DNA of 32,000 nucleotides from Phycisphaera mikurensis NBRC 102666 (GCF_000284115.1 NC_017080.1:1650001-1682000), one strand, 5' to 3'; numbered from the stretch's first letter, positions 1 through 8,300 are shown. Made by a program: numbers and translations. Notes: generated by a model not told the origin, from the sequence alone.

Positions 1-610
1 CTTCGAGTACCAGCCGGTGGGCACGCGGCTGCACGTGCGGCCGCACATCACCCAGGAGGGCGACATCGACCTCGAGGTGAACCTGGAGCTCTCGCGGATC
101 GAGGCCGGCGAGACCGTCTTCGGCAACTTCATCTTCAACCGCCGGGAGACCACCACGCAGGTGACGCTGCAGGACGGGCAGACCGTGGTGATCTCCGGCA
201 TCGTCCGGCAGGAAGACTTCGAGGACGTCCGCAAGCTGCCGCTGCTCGGCGACATCCCGCTGGTCGGCGGGCTGTTCCGCAACACCGACCGGGGCATCCG
301 CAACCGGGAGGTGATCGCCTTCATCACCCCGCGGATCATCAACCCCGCCGGCGACGAGGCGGAGCTGCTCTCCGAGCGGAACGCCCAGTGGCTGGAGCGG
401 ATCCGCGGGGCGATGAGCGGCGACGAGCCGGAGAACCGGGACGCGCGGACGATGCCCCTGGACGATCTCCGCAGCCGGCCCGTCCCGGTGCCCGATCCCG
501 ACTCCCCGTCGACGCCCTCGCTCGACGAAGCCGACGGCTTCCGCGCGCCGGAGCCGACGAGGGTGGACATCCCCGCCGACGATGAGGACGCTTCGCAGGT
601 GCGGCGTTGA
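1..610 (+). CDS. Type II/III secretion secretin (GspD/PilQ-like), C-terminal part; 5' end lies outside the window
   Basis: Open from the window edge in frame 2. Contains VTLQDGQTVVISGIVR...RKLPLLGDIPLVGGLFRN...NREVIAFITPRII, typical of the secretin C-terminal domain. Stops TGA 608-610. Confidence 0.9.
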   Translation, partial: FEYQPVGTRLHVRPHITQEGDIDLEVNLELSRIEAGETVFGNFIFNRRETTTQVTLQDGQTVVISGIVRQEDFEDVRKLPLLGDIPLVGGLFRNTDRGIRNREVIAFITPRIINPAGDEAELLSERNAQWLERIRGAMSGDEPENRDARTMPLDDLRSRPVPVPDPDSPSTPSLDEADGFRAPEPTRVDIPADDEDASQVRR

Positions 611-1953
611 GACCGCCGAAGCTCGCGGCGCCGGGCTCGCGGGCCGCGCCTCTTGGCCCGAGGAGCGCCCCGGCCGGGCGAGGCGGAACCGGGGCGGCCC
701 GTTGGCTCGCGGCCGCCGTCGCGGGCGGCGTCGGCTTGGTCGTCGGGTCCGCGGGCTGCTCGGGCCCGCCTCCGGGGCTCCCGCCGTCCGCTGCGCCGGT
801 GCGGGTGACCGAGGGGACCGGCGCCTTCCGCGACACCTTCGAGGGCAGCGTGACCGCCGCCGTGATTGCTCGCGGCAGCGTGCGCCACGCCGGGCTGGGG
901 CTGCCGGTCGTCTCGCCCGACGGCCGCTTCATCGCGGCCCTCGAGCACGCCGGCGGACCGGCCTCCCTCGACGCCGACGCCCCGCTCTTGGGCCGCGGGC
1001 TCGGCGGCGTCTCCCTCTGGGTGCGGGCGGTGGAGGCGGAGGCGGACCGGCCGGCCGCCCCCGGCGGCGGCGGGATCGACGCCGCGGCCGTGCCGGTCGC
1101 GCTGCAGGACGCGTCCTTCCCCACCTTCGGCCCCGACGGCCGGCTGTGGTCGGTGAGCGTCGGCCCCGGCGGTGACGCGCTCCTCCGCTACGACCCCGTC
1201 GACGGGTCGCTGCGACGCCTCGCCACCGGCCTCAAGCGGATCGCCTTCCCTTCGCCCGATCCCACCGGTCGCTACGTGGCCGTCTCCGGTTTCGGTGGCA
1301 ACCCCGAGGCCGCGACGCTGTTCCTCGTCGACGTGCCCGCCGGGCGGGCCACCCCCGGCCCGCCGCCCGGCTCGGGCGGCCGCGGGCAGGTCCTGCCCCG
1401 CTGGGAAGCACCCGGCGTCGTGCTCTTCGTCGAGCTCCGAGAGGGCCCCGACGGCGCGCCGTCGCCCGCCGCGTTGCGGCGGTGGCGGGTGGGCGAATCC
1501 AGCGCCGCGGACGTCGCCTCGCTGCCGGTGCTCCCCTCGGTCTTCGACGCCGGCTCGCTCTACGCCGGAGTGGCCGACCCGATCGGCCCCGGCGGGCGGT
1601 ACCTCGTGTTCTTCGATCCGGCGGCGGAGCCCCCCGGGCTCCGCCGGGTCGACCTGGCCACCGGCGGCGTCGAGCCGGTGGCCGCCGGCGGCACCGCCGC
1701 GGCGAGCTGGGATGCCGACCGCCTCGTCGTCGCCGTGCAGCCGGCTTCGGAGAACCGCGGCCTCGCGAAGGAAGCCGGCCTCCGCCTCCTCGAGCTGGCC
1801 CCGGGCAACCGCGGCTCGGTCACGCTGCTACCCGGCGATTGGGCGCCGCTCCGCGTGGAGCCCCGGGCCGGCGGTGGCGCCGCCATCCTCGCCGTCGCAC
1901 CCGGCGAGCGGCCCGACCGCCTGAAGCTCGTGCAGCTCTTCGTCGTGCCCTGA
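607..1953 (+). CDS. Predicted lipoprotein with TolB/WD40-like beta-propeller repeats, function unknown
   Basis: 448-aa ORF with a TTG start overlapping the upstream stop (start codon uncertain). Hydrophobic N-terminus with lipobox-like GSAGC. Repeated SPDGRF / GPDGRLW / SPDPTGRYVAVSG motifs. Confidence 0.65.
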   Translation: MRPPKLAAPGSRAAPLGPRSAPAGRGGTGAARWLAAAVAGGVGLVVGSAGCSGPPPGLPPSAAPVRVTEGTGAFRDTFEGSVTAAVIARGSVRHAGLGLPVVSPDGRFIAALEHAGGPASLDADAPLLGRGLGGVSLWVRAVEAEADRPAAPGGGGIDAAAVPVALQDASFPTFGPDGRLWSVSVGPGGDALLRYDPVDGSLRRLATGLKRIAFPSPDPTGRYVAVSGFGGNPEAATLFLVDVPAGRATPGPPPGSGGRGQVLPRWEAPGVVLFVELREGPDGAPSPAALRRWRVGESSAADVASLPVLPSVFDAGSLYAGVADPIGPGGRYLVFFDPAAEPPGLRRVDLATGGVEPVAAGGTAAASWDADRLVVAVQPASENRGLAKEAGLRLLELAPGNRGSVTLLPGDWAPLRVEPRAGGGAAILAVAPGERPDRLKLVQLFVVP

Positions 1954-2061
1954 GCGTTGATGCCGGTGGCGTCTCGCTCGCCGTCGCGTGTCGATGACGC
2001 CGAGGGACCGCCCGCTCGGCCGGAGGCCACCGCTTCGCGACGCCCCCGGCACGGCCGCCTC

Positions 2062-2107
2062 CCGCGGACCGCGGCCGTCTCGACACGATTTGCCACGCGG
2101 TCCGCGG
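2062..2107. repeat. 46-bp dyad (CCGCGGAC-N30-GTCCGCGG), intergenic copy, overlaps tRNA-Pro promoter region
   Basis: CCGCGGACCG 2062-2071 and exact reverse complement CGGTCCGCGG 2098-2107. Confidence 0.85.
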
Positions 2108-2119
2108 CGCGGGTATGCT
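2090..2119 (+). promoter_or_regulatory. Putative sigma70-type promoter for tRNA-Pro
   Basis: -35-like TTGCCA at 2090-2095, 18-bp spacer, -10-like TATGCT at 2114-2119, tRNA 5' end at 2130. Confidence 0.5.
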
Positions 2120-2129
2120 CCCGCGTTCA

Positions 2130-2203
2130 CGGGGCGTAGCGCAGCTTGGTAGCGCGTCTCGCTGGGGGTGAGAAGGTCGCAGGTTCAAGTCCTGTCGCCC
2201 CGA
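2130..2203 (+). tRNA. tRNA-Pro (anticodon GGG)
   Basis: Cloverleaf: acceptor CGGGGCG/CGCCCCG + discriminator A, D-arm GCGC..GCGC, anticodon stem TCTCG/TGAGA with loop CTGGGGG, T-loop GTTCAAG. CCA not encoded. Confidence 0.93.
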
Positions 2204-2617
2204 TGGAGCAGAATCCCGGCCAGAGGCCGGGATTCTGTCCATCGCGTTCCTCTGAAGATCCGGACCTTCGGTCCGGATGCGCGCGAATCCCGGCCGGAGG
2301 CCGGGATTCTGTCCATCGCGTTTCTCTGAAGATCCGGACCTTCGGTCCGGATGCGCGCGAATCCCGGCCGGAGGCCGGGATTCTGTCCATCGCGTTCCTT
2401 ACTGAGATCCGGACCCTCGGTCCGGATGCGCGCGAATCCCGGCCAGAGGCCGGGATTCTGTCCATCGCGTTCCTCTGAAGATCCGGACCTTCGGTCCGGA
2501 TGCGCGCGAATCCCGGCCGGAGGCCGGGATTCTGTCCATCGCGTTCCTTATTGAGATCCGGACCCTCAGTCCGGATGCGCGCGAATCCCGGCCAGAGGCC
2601 GGGATTCTGCTCCATCG
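2201..2617. repeat. Tandem array of 74/75-bp units, each with two hairpins, directly abutting the tRNA-Pro 3' end
   Basis: Six copies of the perfect hairpin GAATCCCGGCC-RGA-GGCCGGGATTC starting at 2211, 2285, 2359, 2434, 2508, 2583. They alternate with five copies of ATCCGGACC-YTC-GGTCCGGAT starting at 2258, 2332, 2407, 2481, 2556 (the last has one stem mismatch). Flanked by perfect 21-bp IR CGATGGAGCAGAATCCCGGCC (2201-2221) / GGCCGGGATTCTGCTCCATCG (2597-2617). Confidence 0.95.
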
Positions 2618-2693
2618 CGTTCCCTGAAGATCCGTACCGCGCATCCAAGGCGTCGACCCCGACACGATCTGGTTTGATCGGAATCCGCATCCG

Positions 2694-2804
2694 CCCGGTG
2701 CCACGCCGCTCGCGGGGTGGCGCGTCCCCAAGACACGCGGCCACCCCTTCCGCCTCGGGCGTCGCCTGCGGCGCCCTCGCCCCGCAAGCGGCGTGGCGCC
2801 CGGG
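2694..2804. repeat. Dispersed palindromic extragenic element, copy 1
   Basis: Left arm CCCGGTGCCACGCCGCTCGCGGGG; right arm CCCCGCAAGCGGCGTGGCGCCCGGG. Matches copy 2 at 23355-23458, including internal GACACGCGGCC. Confidence 0.85.
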
Positions 2805-2969
2805 GTCGATCCAGCGCGGTGGTTGCGTAGACGGTCGGGCTCCGCCCGCGTGCCGGCCGCTTGAGAGACCGCCGGGCCGCCGATCGAGCCTTCGCTCCCC
2901 TGCGCGGCAATAACCGCCGCGCAGACCCGCAGCAACGCCAGCTCCTCCGGCCAGCGGATCCGACAGCGG

Positions 2970-2990
2970 AACCGCCCCCCTGGGGCGGTT
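2970..2990. terminator. Possible terminator-like hairpin (no T-tract)
   Basis: AACCGCCCC-CCT-GGGGCGGTT, 9-bp perfect stem just 3' of tRNA-Gly (minus strand); no obvious U-run. Confidence 0.3.
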
Positions 2991-3001
2991 TCGCTGTTCA
3001 G

Positions 3002-3074
3002 AGCGCCGGAAGAGGCTCGAACTCTCGACATTCAGCTTGGAAGGCTGACGCTCTACCAACTGAGCTACCGGCGC
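3002..3074 (-). tRNA. tRNA-Gly (anticodon TCC)
   Basis: Minus strand: GCGCCGGTAGCTCAGTTGGTAGAGCGTCAGCCTTCCAAGCTGAATGTCGAGAGTTCGAGCCTCTTCCGGCGCT. Full cloverleaf, anticodon loop CTTCCAA. Confidence 0.95.
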
Positions 3075-3086
3075 GGCGGCTCCAGT

Positions 3087-3944
3087 TTAGCGGATCACGC
3101 GCTGCCGGAGGAGCGAAGCAGTCTCCAGCCGGACGGCCCCGCTCGCGACGGCCTCCGCCACCGCCGCCGGCGTGTGGACGCCGCCGTCGTACGCCACCAC
3201 CACCGCCTCGTCGCCCTCCCGCAGGAAGGTCGTCTCGCCGAAGGGCAGGTACCGCGTCGCGCCGATGGCGATGACGGCGCGCCCCGGGCGGCCCGCGGCG
3301 GCGAGCAGGGCGGAGGCGTCCTCCAGCGGCCCCGCGTCGCGTTGCGTGTTGAGCTTCTCGACGAGCCAACCCAGCAGCCGGCCGTGGAAGTAGCCGTAGC
3401 CCGCCACGGGCGCGTCCTCCCCGTACGCGTGGGTGACGCCGTCGCGGACGAGGAAGCTCGCCAGCCGGAAGCGGTCGAGCGTGCCGCCGGCGGCGAAGCG
3501 GTCCAGCGGGAGCAGCTGGTCCGCGGCGAGGCCCTGCGAGGCCGGTCCCCAGTGCTTCTTGTGCGAGATCTTGACCGGGCCGCTCGGGGACGCCGCCGGC
3601 CGCGCCCGCCAAGAGCAGTCGTTGAAGGCCCCGAAGTGCGTCGGCTCCACCGCCGCGACCGCCTCCCCCTCGTAGCGCACCTCGCTCCAGAGCGCCAGCT
3701 CCGGCTCGATCTGGCACGCCGCCGCCGGATCGTCCGGCAGCCGGATGTGCGTCGCGGACACCGGATTCACCCCGAGCTCCCCGCCGCGGACGTACCACGG
3801 GAAGACGCCTTTGGGAGCGCCGTCCGCGGCCTCGACGCCGGCGAAGTCCGACGCCTCGCCCGCTTGCTCGAGGTGCCCGGCGAAGTTGCCGGCCACCCCC
3901 AACCCGATCGCGGCGCCGAGCTCGGCGGGCGTCAGCGAGATCAT
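3087..3944 (-). CDS. Conserved hypothetical protein; resembles the DUF5718 / FAH-like family from memory
   Basis: 285 aa starting MISLTPAELGAAIGLGVAGNFAGHLEQAGEASDF. ATG overlaps the tyrS stop (ATGA, 3941-3944). The longer ORF track entry (3087-5129) is the same frame extended through tyrS. Confidence 0.75.
   Translation of the reverse strand: MISLTPAELGAAIGLGVAGNFAGHLEQAGEASDFAGVEAADGAPKGVFPWYVRGGELGVNPVSATHIRLPDDPAAACQIEPELALWSEVRYEGEAVAAVEPTHFGAFNDCSWRARPAASPSGPVKISHKKHWGPASQGLAADQLLPLDRFAAGGTLDRFRLASFLVRDGVTHAYGEDAPVAGYGYFHGRLLGWLVEKLNTQRDAGPLEDASALLAAAGRPGRAVIAIGATRYLPFGETTFLREGDEAVVVAYDGGVHTPAAVAEAVASGAVRLETASLLRQRVIR
3784..3829. repeat. 46-bp dyad (CCGCGGAC-N30-GTCCGCGG), coding copy
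   Basis: CCGCGGACGT 3784-3793 and CCGTCCGCGG 3820-3829, inside the DUF5718-like CDS. Confidence 0.8.
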
Positions 3945-5188
3945 GACCCGGCCTCCGCCACGTCGAAGCGGTAGAGCCGCTTCTTCCCGGCTCGCAGCAG
4001 CACGTGCCCGCCGCGGGCGTCCCCGGCGGAGACCTCCGCCATGGGGTCCGCGACCTTGTCGCCGTGGATCCGGACGCCGCCGCCCTGGATCAGCCGGCGG
4101 GCCTCGCCGTTGCTCTTGGCGAAGCCGGCACGCTTCATCAGCTCGACGACGCCGACGGGCGAGGCGAGGTCCAGCGGACCGTGCGGCACCGCGTCGTCCA
4201 CCGCGCCGCCGGCGAAGGCTTTGGCGGCACCGTCGCGCGCCGCCGCGGCCGCGGGCTCGCCGTGCACGAGCCGGGTGACCTCGTACGCCAGCCGCGCCTT
4301 CGCCGCGTTGATGCCGGCGCCGCTTGCAGTCTCCAACGCCTCGATCTCGTCGATGGGCAGGAACGTGAAGTAGCGCAGCAGGCGGCCGACGTCGCCGTCG
4401 TCCGCGTTGCGCCAGAACTGGAAGAAGTCGAAGACGGGCGTCCGCTCCGCGTCGAGCCAGACCGCGCCGGCCTCGGTCTTGCCGAACTTCCGCCCGTCGG
4501 CCTTGGTGATCAGCGGCATCGTGAGCGCCGCCAGGTCCAGGCCGTGCATCTTCCGCCCCAGCTCGGTGCCGAAGACGATGTTGCCCCACTGGTCCTGCCC
4601 GCCGATCTGCACGGTGCAGCCGTGCTCCGCCCCCAGGTGGGCGAAGTCGTACGCCTGCAGCAGCATGTAGCTGAACTCGAGGAACGAGATCCCGGAGCCC
4701 TCGGCCAGGCGGGGTTTGACGCTCTCCATCCCGACCATGCGGTTCACCGACACCCGCGAGCCGACGTCCCGGAGGAAGTCCAACCACGTGAGGCCGGCGA
4801 TCCAGTCGAGGTTGTTGACCAGCTTCGCTCCGGTGGGCGAGTCGTCGAAGCGGACGATGCGGCCGATCTGCTCGCCGATCGCCAGAGCGTTCGCGTCGAT
4901 CTCCTCCGGCGAGAGCATCCTCCGGGCGGTGTTCTTCCCCGAGGGGTCGCCGACGCGGGCCGTCGCGCCGCCCACCAGCGCAAGCGGCTTGTGCCCGCAA
5001 CGCTGCGCGTGCGCCAGCGCCATCACGGGCACGAGGTGACCCAGGTGCAGCGAGTCGGCCGTCGGGTCGAAGCCGCAGTACAGCGTGACCGGCGAGCCGA
5101 GCCGCTCGCGGATGCCCGCGTCGGTGCACTGCGCGACGAGGCCTCGGGCCTCGAGCACGTCGTAGAGGTTCGGGGTGTCTTCGGCCAT
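3941..5188 (-). CDS. tyrS: Tyrosyl-tRNA synthetase
   Basis: 415 aa; YCGFDPTADSLHLGHLVPV..., LVGGATARVGDPSGK, KFGKTEAGAVWLD, C-terminal S4-like GGVRIHGDKV. Confidence 0.97.
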   Translation of the reverse strand: MAEDTPNLYDVLEARGLVAQCTDAGIRERLGSPVTLYCGFDPTADSLHLGHLVPVMALAHAQRCGHKPLALVGGATARVGDPSGKNTARRMLSPEEIDANALAIGEQIGRIVRFDDSPTGAKLVNNLDWIAGLTWLDFLRDVGSRVSVNRMVGMESVKPRLAEGSGISFLEFSYMLLQAYDFAHLGAEHGCTVQIGGQDQWGNIVFGTELGRKMHGLDLAALTMPLITKADGRKFGKTEAGAVWLDAERTPVFDFFQFWRNADDGDVGRLLRYFTFLPIDEIEALETASGAGINAAKARLAYEVTRLVHGEPAAAAARDGAAKAFAGGAVDDAVPHGPLDLASPVGVVELMKRAGFAKSNGEARRLIQGGGVRIHGDKVADPMAEVSAGDARGGHVLLRAGKKRLYRFDVAEAGS

Positions 5189-5288
5189 GCGGCCGGCGAG
5201 CCTACCGGCCGGTCCGGGTCGCGCCGAAGGGAGCCCGGGCGTCGCCCGCTCCCGCTCCCGCTTCGGCGTCGGCGGTGCCGATCACGAC

Positions 5289-5705
5289 CTAGAAGACGAA
5301 CTTGTGCCGCAGCCGCGCCGGCATCATCGGGCACGCCTCGGCGGGGCGGCCGAACACGCGGTGGCGGATCCGGGCGACGCCGTCGTAGACGAGGTCGCGG
5401 AGGGAGCGGGGGACGACCCGGCCCAGCGCCGCGAGCAACGCCCAGCCGCCGCCGACGCCGCGGAGGATGCGGAGCACGGCGTCGGATCTGGTGTGCAGCG
5501 TGCCGTCGGGGTCGCGGAGGACGATCGAGTCGGGCAGGCCGGCGATCTGCCGCTCCGTCAGGACCTCCTGGATCGTGTCACCCTGGAGGGGCGTGAAGAC
5601 GAAGCGATCCGCCGGGTCGCGCGGGAGCACGAACCTCACCCACCGGTGGCACAGCCCGCAGTGGCCGTCGTAGAAGACGAGTGACTTGCCCTCGAGGTCG
5701 GCCAT
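5289..5705 (-). CDS. Thiol-disulfide oxidoreductase DCC family (DUF393) protein
   Basis: 138 aa from MADLEGKSLVFYDGHCGLCHRWVRFVLPRD; DGxCxLC motif. Internal start chosen over the 5903 start in the ORF track. Confidence 0.85.
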   Translation of the reverse strand: MADLEGKSLVFYDGHCGLCHRWVRFVLPRDPADRFVFTPLQGDTIQEVLTERQIAGLPDSIVLRDPDGTLHTRSDAVLRILRGVGGGWALLAALGRVVPRSLRDLVYDGVARIRHRVFGRPAEACPMMPARLRHKFVF

Positions 5706-5799
5706 GCGGGAGCGTATGCGCAGCGTGCCGAGGGTGCGACGCGCGCAGCCGCTCGGGGCACGAGCACGCGACACGCGGAGCGTGTCGGGCACGCCGCGC

Positions 5800-7344
5800 T
5801 TAGAGGGTGAGTTGGGGGCGGTTTTCCTCGGGCCAGTCGACGTGGAACTTCTCGCCGCGGGGGCGGTCGACGCGCTCGTAGGTGTGGGCGCCGAAGTAGT
5901 CACGCTGAGCCTGAAGCAGGTTCTGCGGCAGCGTCGCGGTGCGGTAGCTGTCGAAGTAGGCGAGCGCCGAGGCGAAGGCCGGAACGGCCACGCCGTTGAG
6001 CACGGCGAGCGAGACGACCTTCCGCCAGGCGGCCTGCCCCTTGTTGACCGCCTCGTTGAAGTAGTCGTTGAGCAGCAGGTTCGCCAGCTTCGGATCCTCG
6101 GCGTAGGCGTCGGTGATCTTCTGCAGGAAGCGGGCGCGGATGATGCAGCCCCCGCGGAACATGGCGGCGATCTGGCCGAAGTCCAGATCCCAATCGAATT
6201 CGTTCTGGGCCTCGCGCATCAGCTGGAAGCCCTGGGCGTAGGCGCAGATCTTCGAGCAGTAGAGGGCCTCGCGGATGTTCTCGATGAACTCGCCTTGGTC
6301 GCCGAAGTCGACCGCCTCGGCGGGCCCCCGGAGCACCTCGCTGGCCGCCACCCGCTCGTCCTTGATGGCCGACAGGCAGCGGGCGAAGACGGCTTCGGCC
6401 ATCGCGTTGGCGGGGATGCCCATGTCCAGCGCGGAGATGGACGTCCACTTCCCGGTGCCCTTCTGCCCGGCGGTGTCCAGCACGACGTCGACGAAGAACC
6501 TCGACGGATCCGTCGGGTCTCTCTGCTGCAGGATGTCGGTGGTGATCTCGATGAGGAAGCTGTCGAGGTCGCCCTCGTTCCACCGGGCGAAGACCTGGCT
6601 CATCTCGTCGGGCTGCATCCCGATCAGCTGCTTCATGAGGAAGTACGCCTCGCAGATGAGCTGCATGTCGATGTACTCGATGCCGTTGTGCACCATCTTC
6701 ACGTAGTGCCCGGCGCCGTTGGCCCCGATGTAGCCGGTGCAGGGCTCGCCCTCCTCGAGCGTCACCGGATTGCTGGGGTCGAAGCGCTCGATCGGCTTGC
6801 CCGTCTCGCGGTCGACCTTGGCGGCGATGGCCTCCCAGATGGGCTTGAGGCTCTCCCACGCCTCGGGGTCGCCGCCGGGCATGAGCGAGGGGCCGAAGCG
6901 GGCGCCGAGCTCGCCGCCGGACACGCCCGAGCCGAAGAAGCGGATGCCCTTGGCCGCGTACTCCTTCTCGCGGCGGATGGTGGCGTTCCAATTCGAGTTG
7001 CCGCCGTCGATGATGAGGTCGCCCTCCTGCAGCAGCGGCTCGAGCTGGTCGGTGACCTTGTCCACGGCGTCGCGATCGGTGGAGGCGACGGCGGTGCTCT
7101 GCACCATCAGCACGATCTTGCGGGGGCACTTGATCGAGGCGACGAAGTCGGCGAGCTCGGCGTGGCCGTGCACGCGGGAAGCGGAGGGCTGCTCCGCCTC
7201 GACCTCCTTGATGAAGTCCTCCATCACCGAGGTCGTCCGGTTGTAGACGGCCACGTCGAAGCCGTGGTCGGCCATGTTGAGGACGAGGTTCTGGCCCATG
7301 ACGGCGAGGCCGATGAGTCCGATGTCGGAGGTGGGTTCTGGCAT
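5800..7344 (-). CDS. gnd: 6-phosphogluconate dehydrogenase, decarboxylating
   Basis: 514 aa; [77 protein letters not shown]. Confidence 0.97.
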   Translation of the reverse strand: MPEPTSDIGLIGLAVMGQNLVLNMADHGFDVAVYNRTTSVMEDFIKEVEAEQPSASRVHGHAELADFVASIKCPRKIVLMVQSTAVASTDRDAVDKVTDQLEPLLQEGDLIIDGGNSNWNATIRREKEYAAKGIRFFGSGVSGGELGARFGPSLMPGGDPEAWESLKPIWEAIAAKVDRETGKPIERFDPSNPVTLEEGEPCTGYIGANGAGHYVKMVHNGIEYIDMQLICEAYFLMKQLIGMQPDEMSQVFARWNEGDLDSFLIEITTDILQQRDPTDPSRFFVDVVLDTAGQKGTGKWTSISALDMGIPANAMAEAVFARCLSAIKDERVAASEVLRGPAEAVDFGDQGEFIENIREALYCSKICAYAQGFQLMREAQNEFDWDLDFGQIAAMFRGGCIIRARFLQKITDAYAEDPKLANLLLNDYFNEAVNKGQAAWRKVVSLAVLNGVAVPAFASALAYFDSYRTATLPQNLLQAQRDYFGAHTYERVDRPRGEKFHVDWPEENRPQLTL

Positions 7345-7562
7345 GCTGTGTCTTCGCTTCGCGAGGGGGTCGGTTTGGGCGGCAATGTACGGGAGGCGGA
7401 GCGGGAGGCGTCAGACGCGGCGGGCGTCGTCCCGCGGCAGGTTCAGGAGCGCCCGGCGGCGCCGGCCGGTGCCGGTGCCGCGATAGGGACCGGTCGGGGC
7501 GCAGAGAAAACGCTCCGTCGCCGGGAGCGAAGGAGCGTTCGGCGCGCCGGCCTCGCGGCGGA

Positions 7563-8171
7563 TCAACGCTTCGAGAACTGGAAGCGCTTGCGGGCCCCGG
7601 CCTGGCCGTACTTCTTCCGCTCGACCTTGCGCGAGTCGCGGGTGAGCAGCTCGGCGTCGCGGAGCGTCTGCTCCAGCGTCGGGTCGTAGCCCTTGAGCGC
7701 ACGGGCCACGCCGAGGAGCACGGCCTCGGCCTGCCCGGTGATGCCGCCGCCCTGGACGTTGACGTAGATGTCGAGCTTGCCCGTCATGCCGGTGGCCTCC
7801 TGCGGCTTGCGGCATGCGATGCGGTGCTGGGGCTCGGAGAAGAACTCGTCGATGCTCTTGTTCTTCGCTTTCGTCGAGCTGATGACGAACTCGCCCCCGC
7901 CCTCGCCCTCGTTCTTGGTGGGGCGGACGCGGACGCGGGCGACCGCGGTCTTCCGGCGGCCGGTGCCCCACACGAAGCCGCCGGCGTCGCGGCGGGCGGG
8001 CTCGGCCAGCGGACGCGGGGCGGCGGCGGGCGCCTCCTCGGCCACGGGGTTGGGGTCGCCCAGCGCGAGCGTGGTGGGCGCCACGGCCGCTGCGGGCTCG
8101 GCGATGGCGGTCGCGCCGGCTTCGTCGCCGGCGGCTCCCGCGGTCAGGTCGTTGTCGGCGTCGTCAGCCAT
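7563..8171 (-). CDS. rpsI: 30S ribosomal protein S9 with Ala/Pro-rich N-terminal extension
   Basis: GRRKTAVARVRVRP...GGITGQAEAVLLGVARAL...ERKKYGQAGARKRFQFSKR. About 70 extra N-terminal residues. Confidence 0.95.
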   Translation of the reverse strand: MADDADNDLTAGAAGDEAGATAIAEPAAAVAPTTLALGDPNPVAEEAPAAAPRPLAEPARRDAGGFVWGTGRRKTAVARVRVRPTKNEGEGGGEFVISSTKAKNKSIDEFFSEPQHRIACRKPQEATGMTGKLDIYVNVQGGGITGQAEAVLLGVARALKGYDPTLEQTLRDAELLTRDSRKVERKKYGQAGARKRFQFSKR

Positions 8172-8300
8172 GTCGCAAGGGTCTCAAGCGGCCGCTCCGC
8201 GGGCCGGGCGTGGAGGTGGCCGAGGAGAGCCTCCGGGAATCGGCCGCTGCGTTCCGGGCGTCAGGCCCGCAGCTCATGAAGAAAACGGCAGCGGGCGCCA

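Noticed and set aside
2211-2607. CRISPR array
   Set aside because: Whole 74/75-bp units are conserved with no variable spacers, and no cas genes are nearby.
2127-3059. ORFs across the tRNA/hairpin array (e.g. 310 aa and 137 aa frames with repeated RIRTFGPDARESRPEAGILSI)
   Set aside because: The protein repetition reflects the DNA tandem repeat and the ORFs run through a tRNA. No independent coding evidence.
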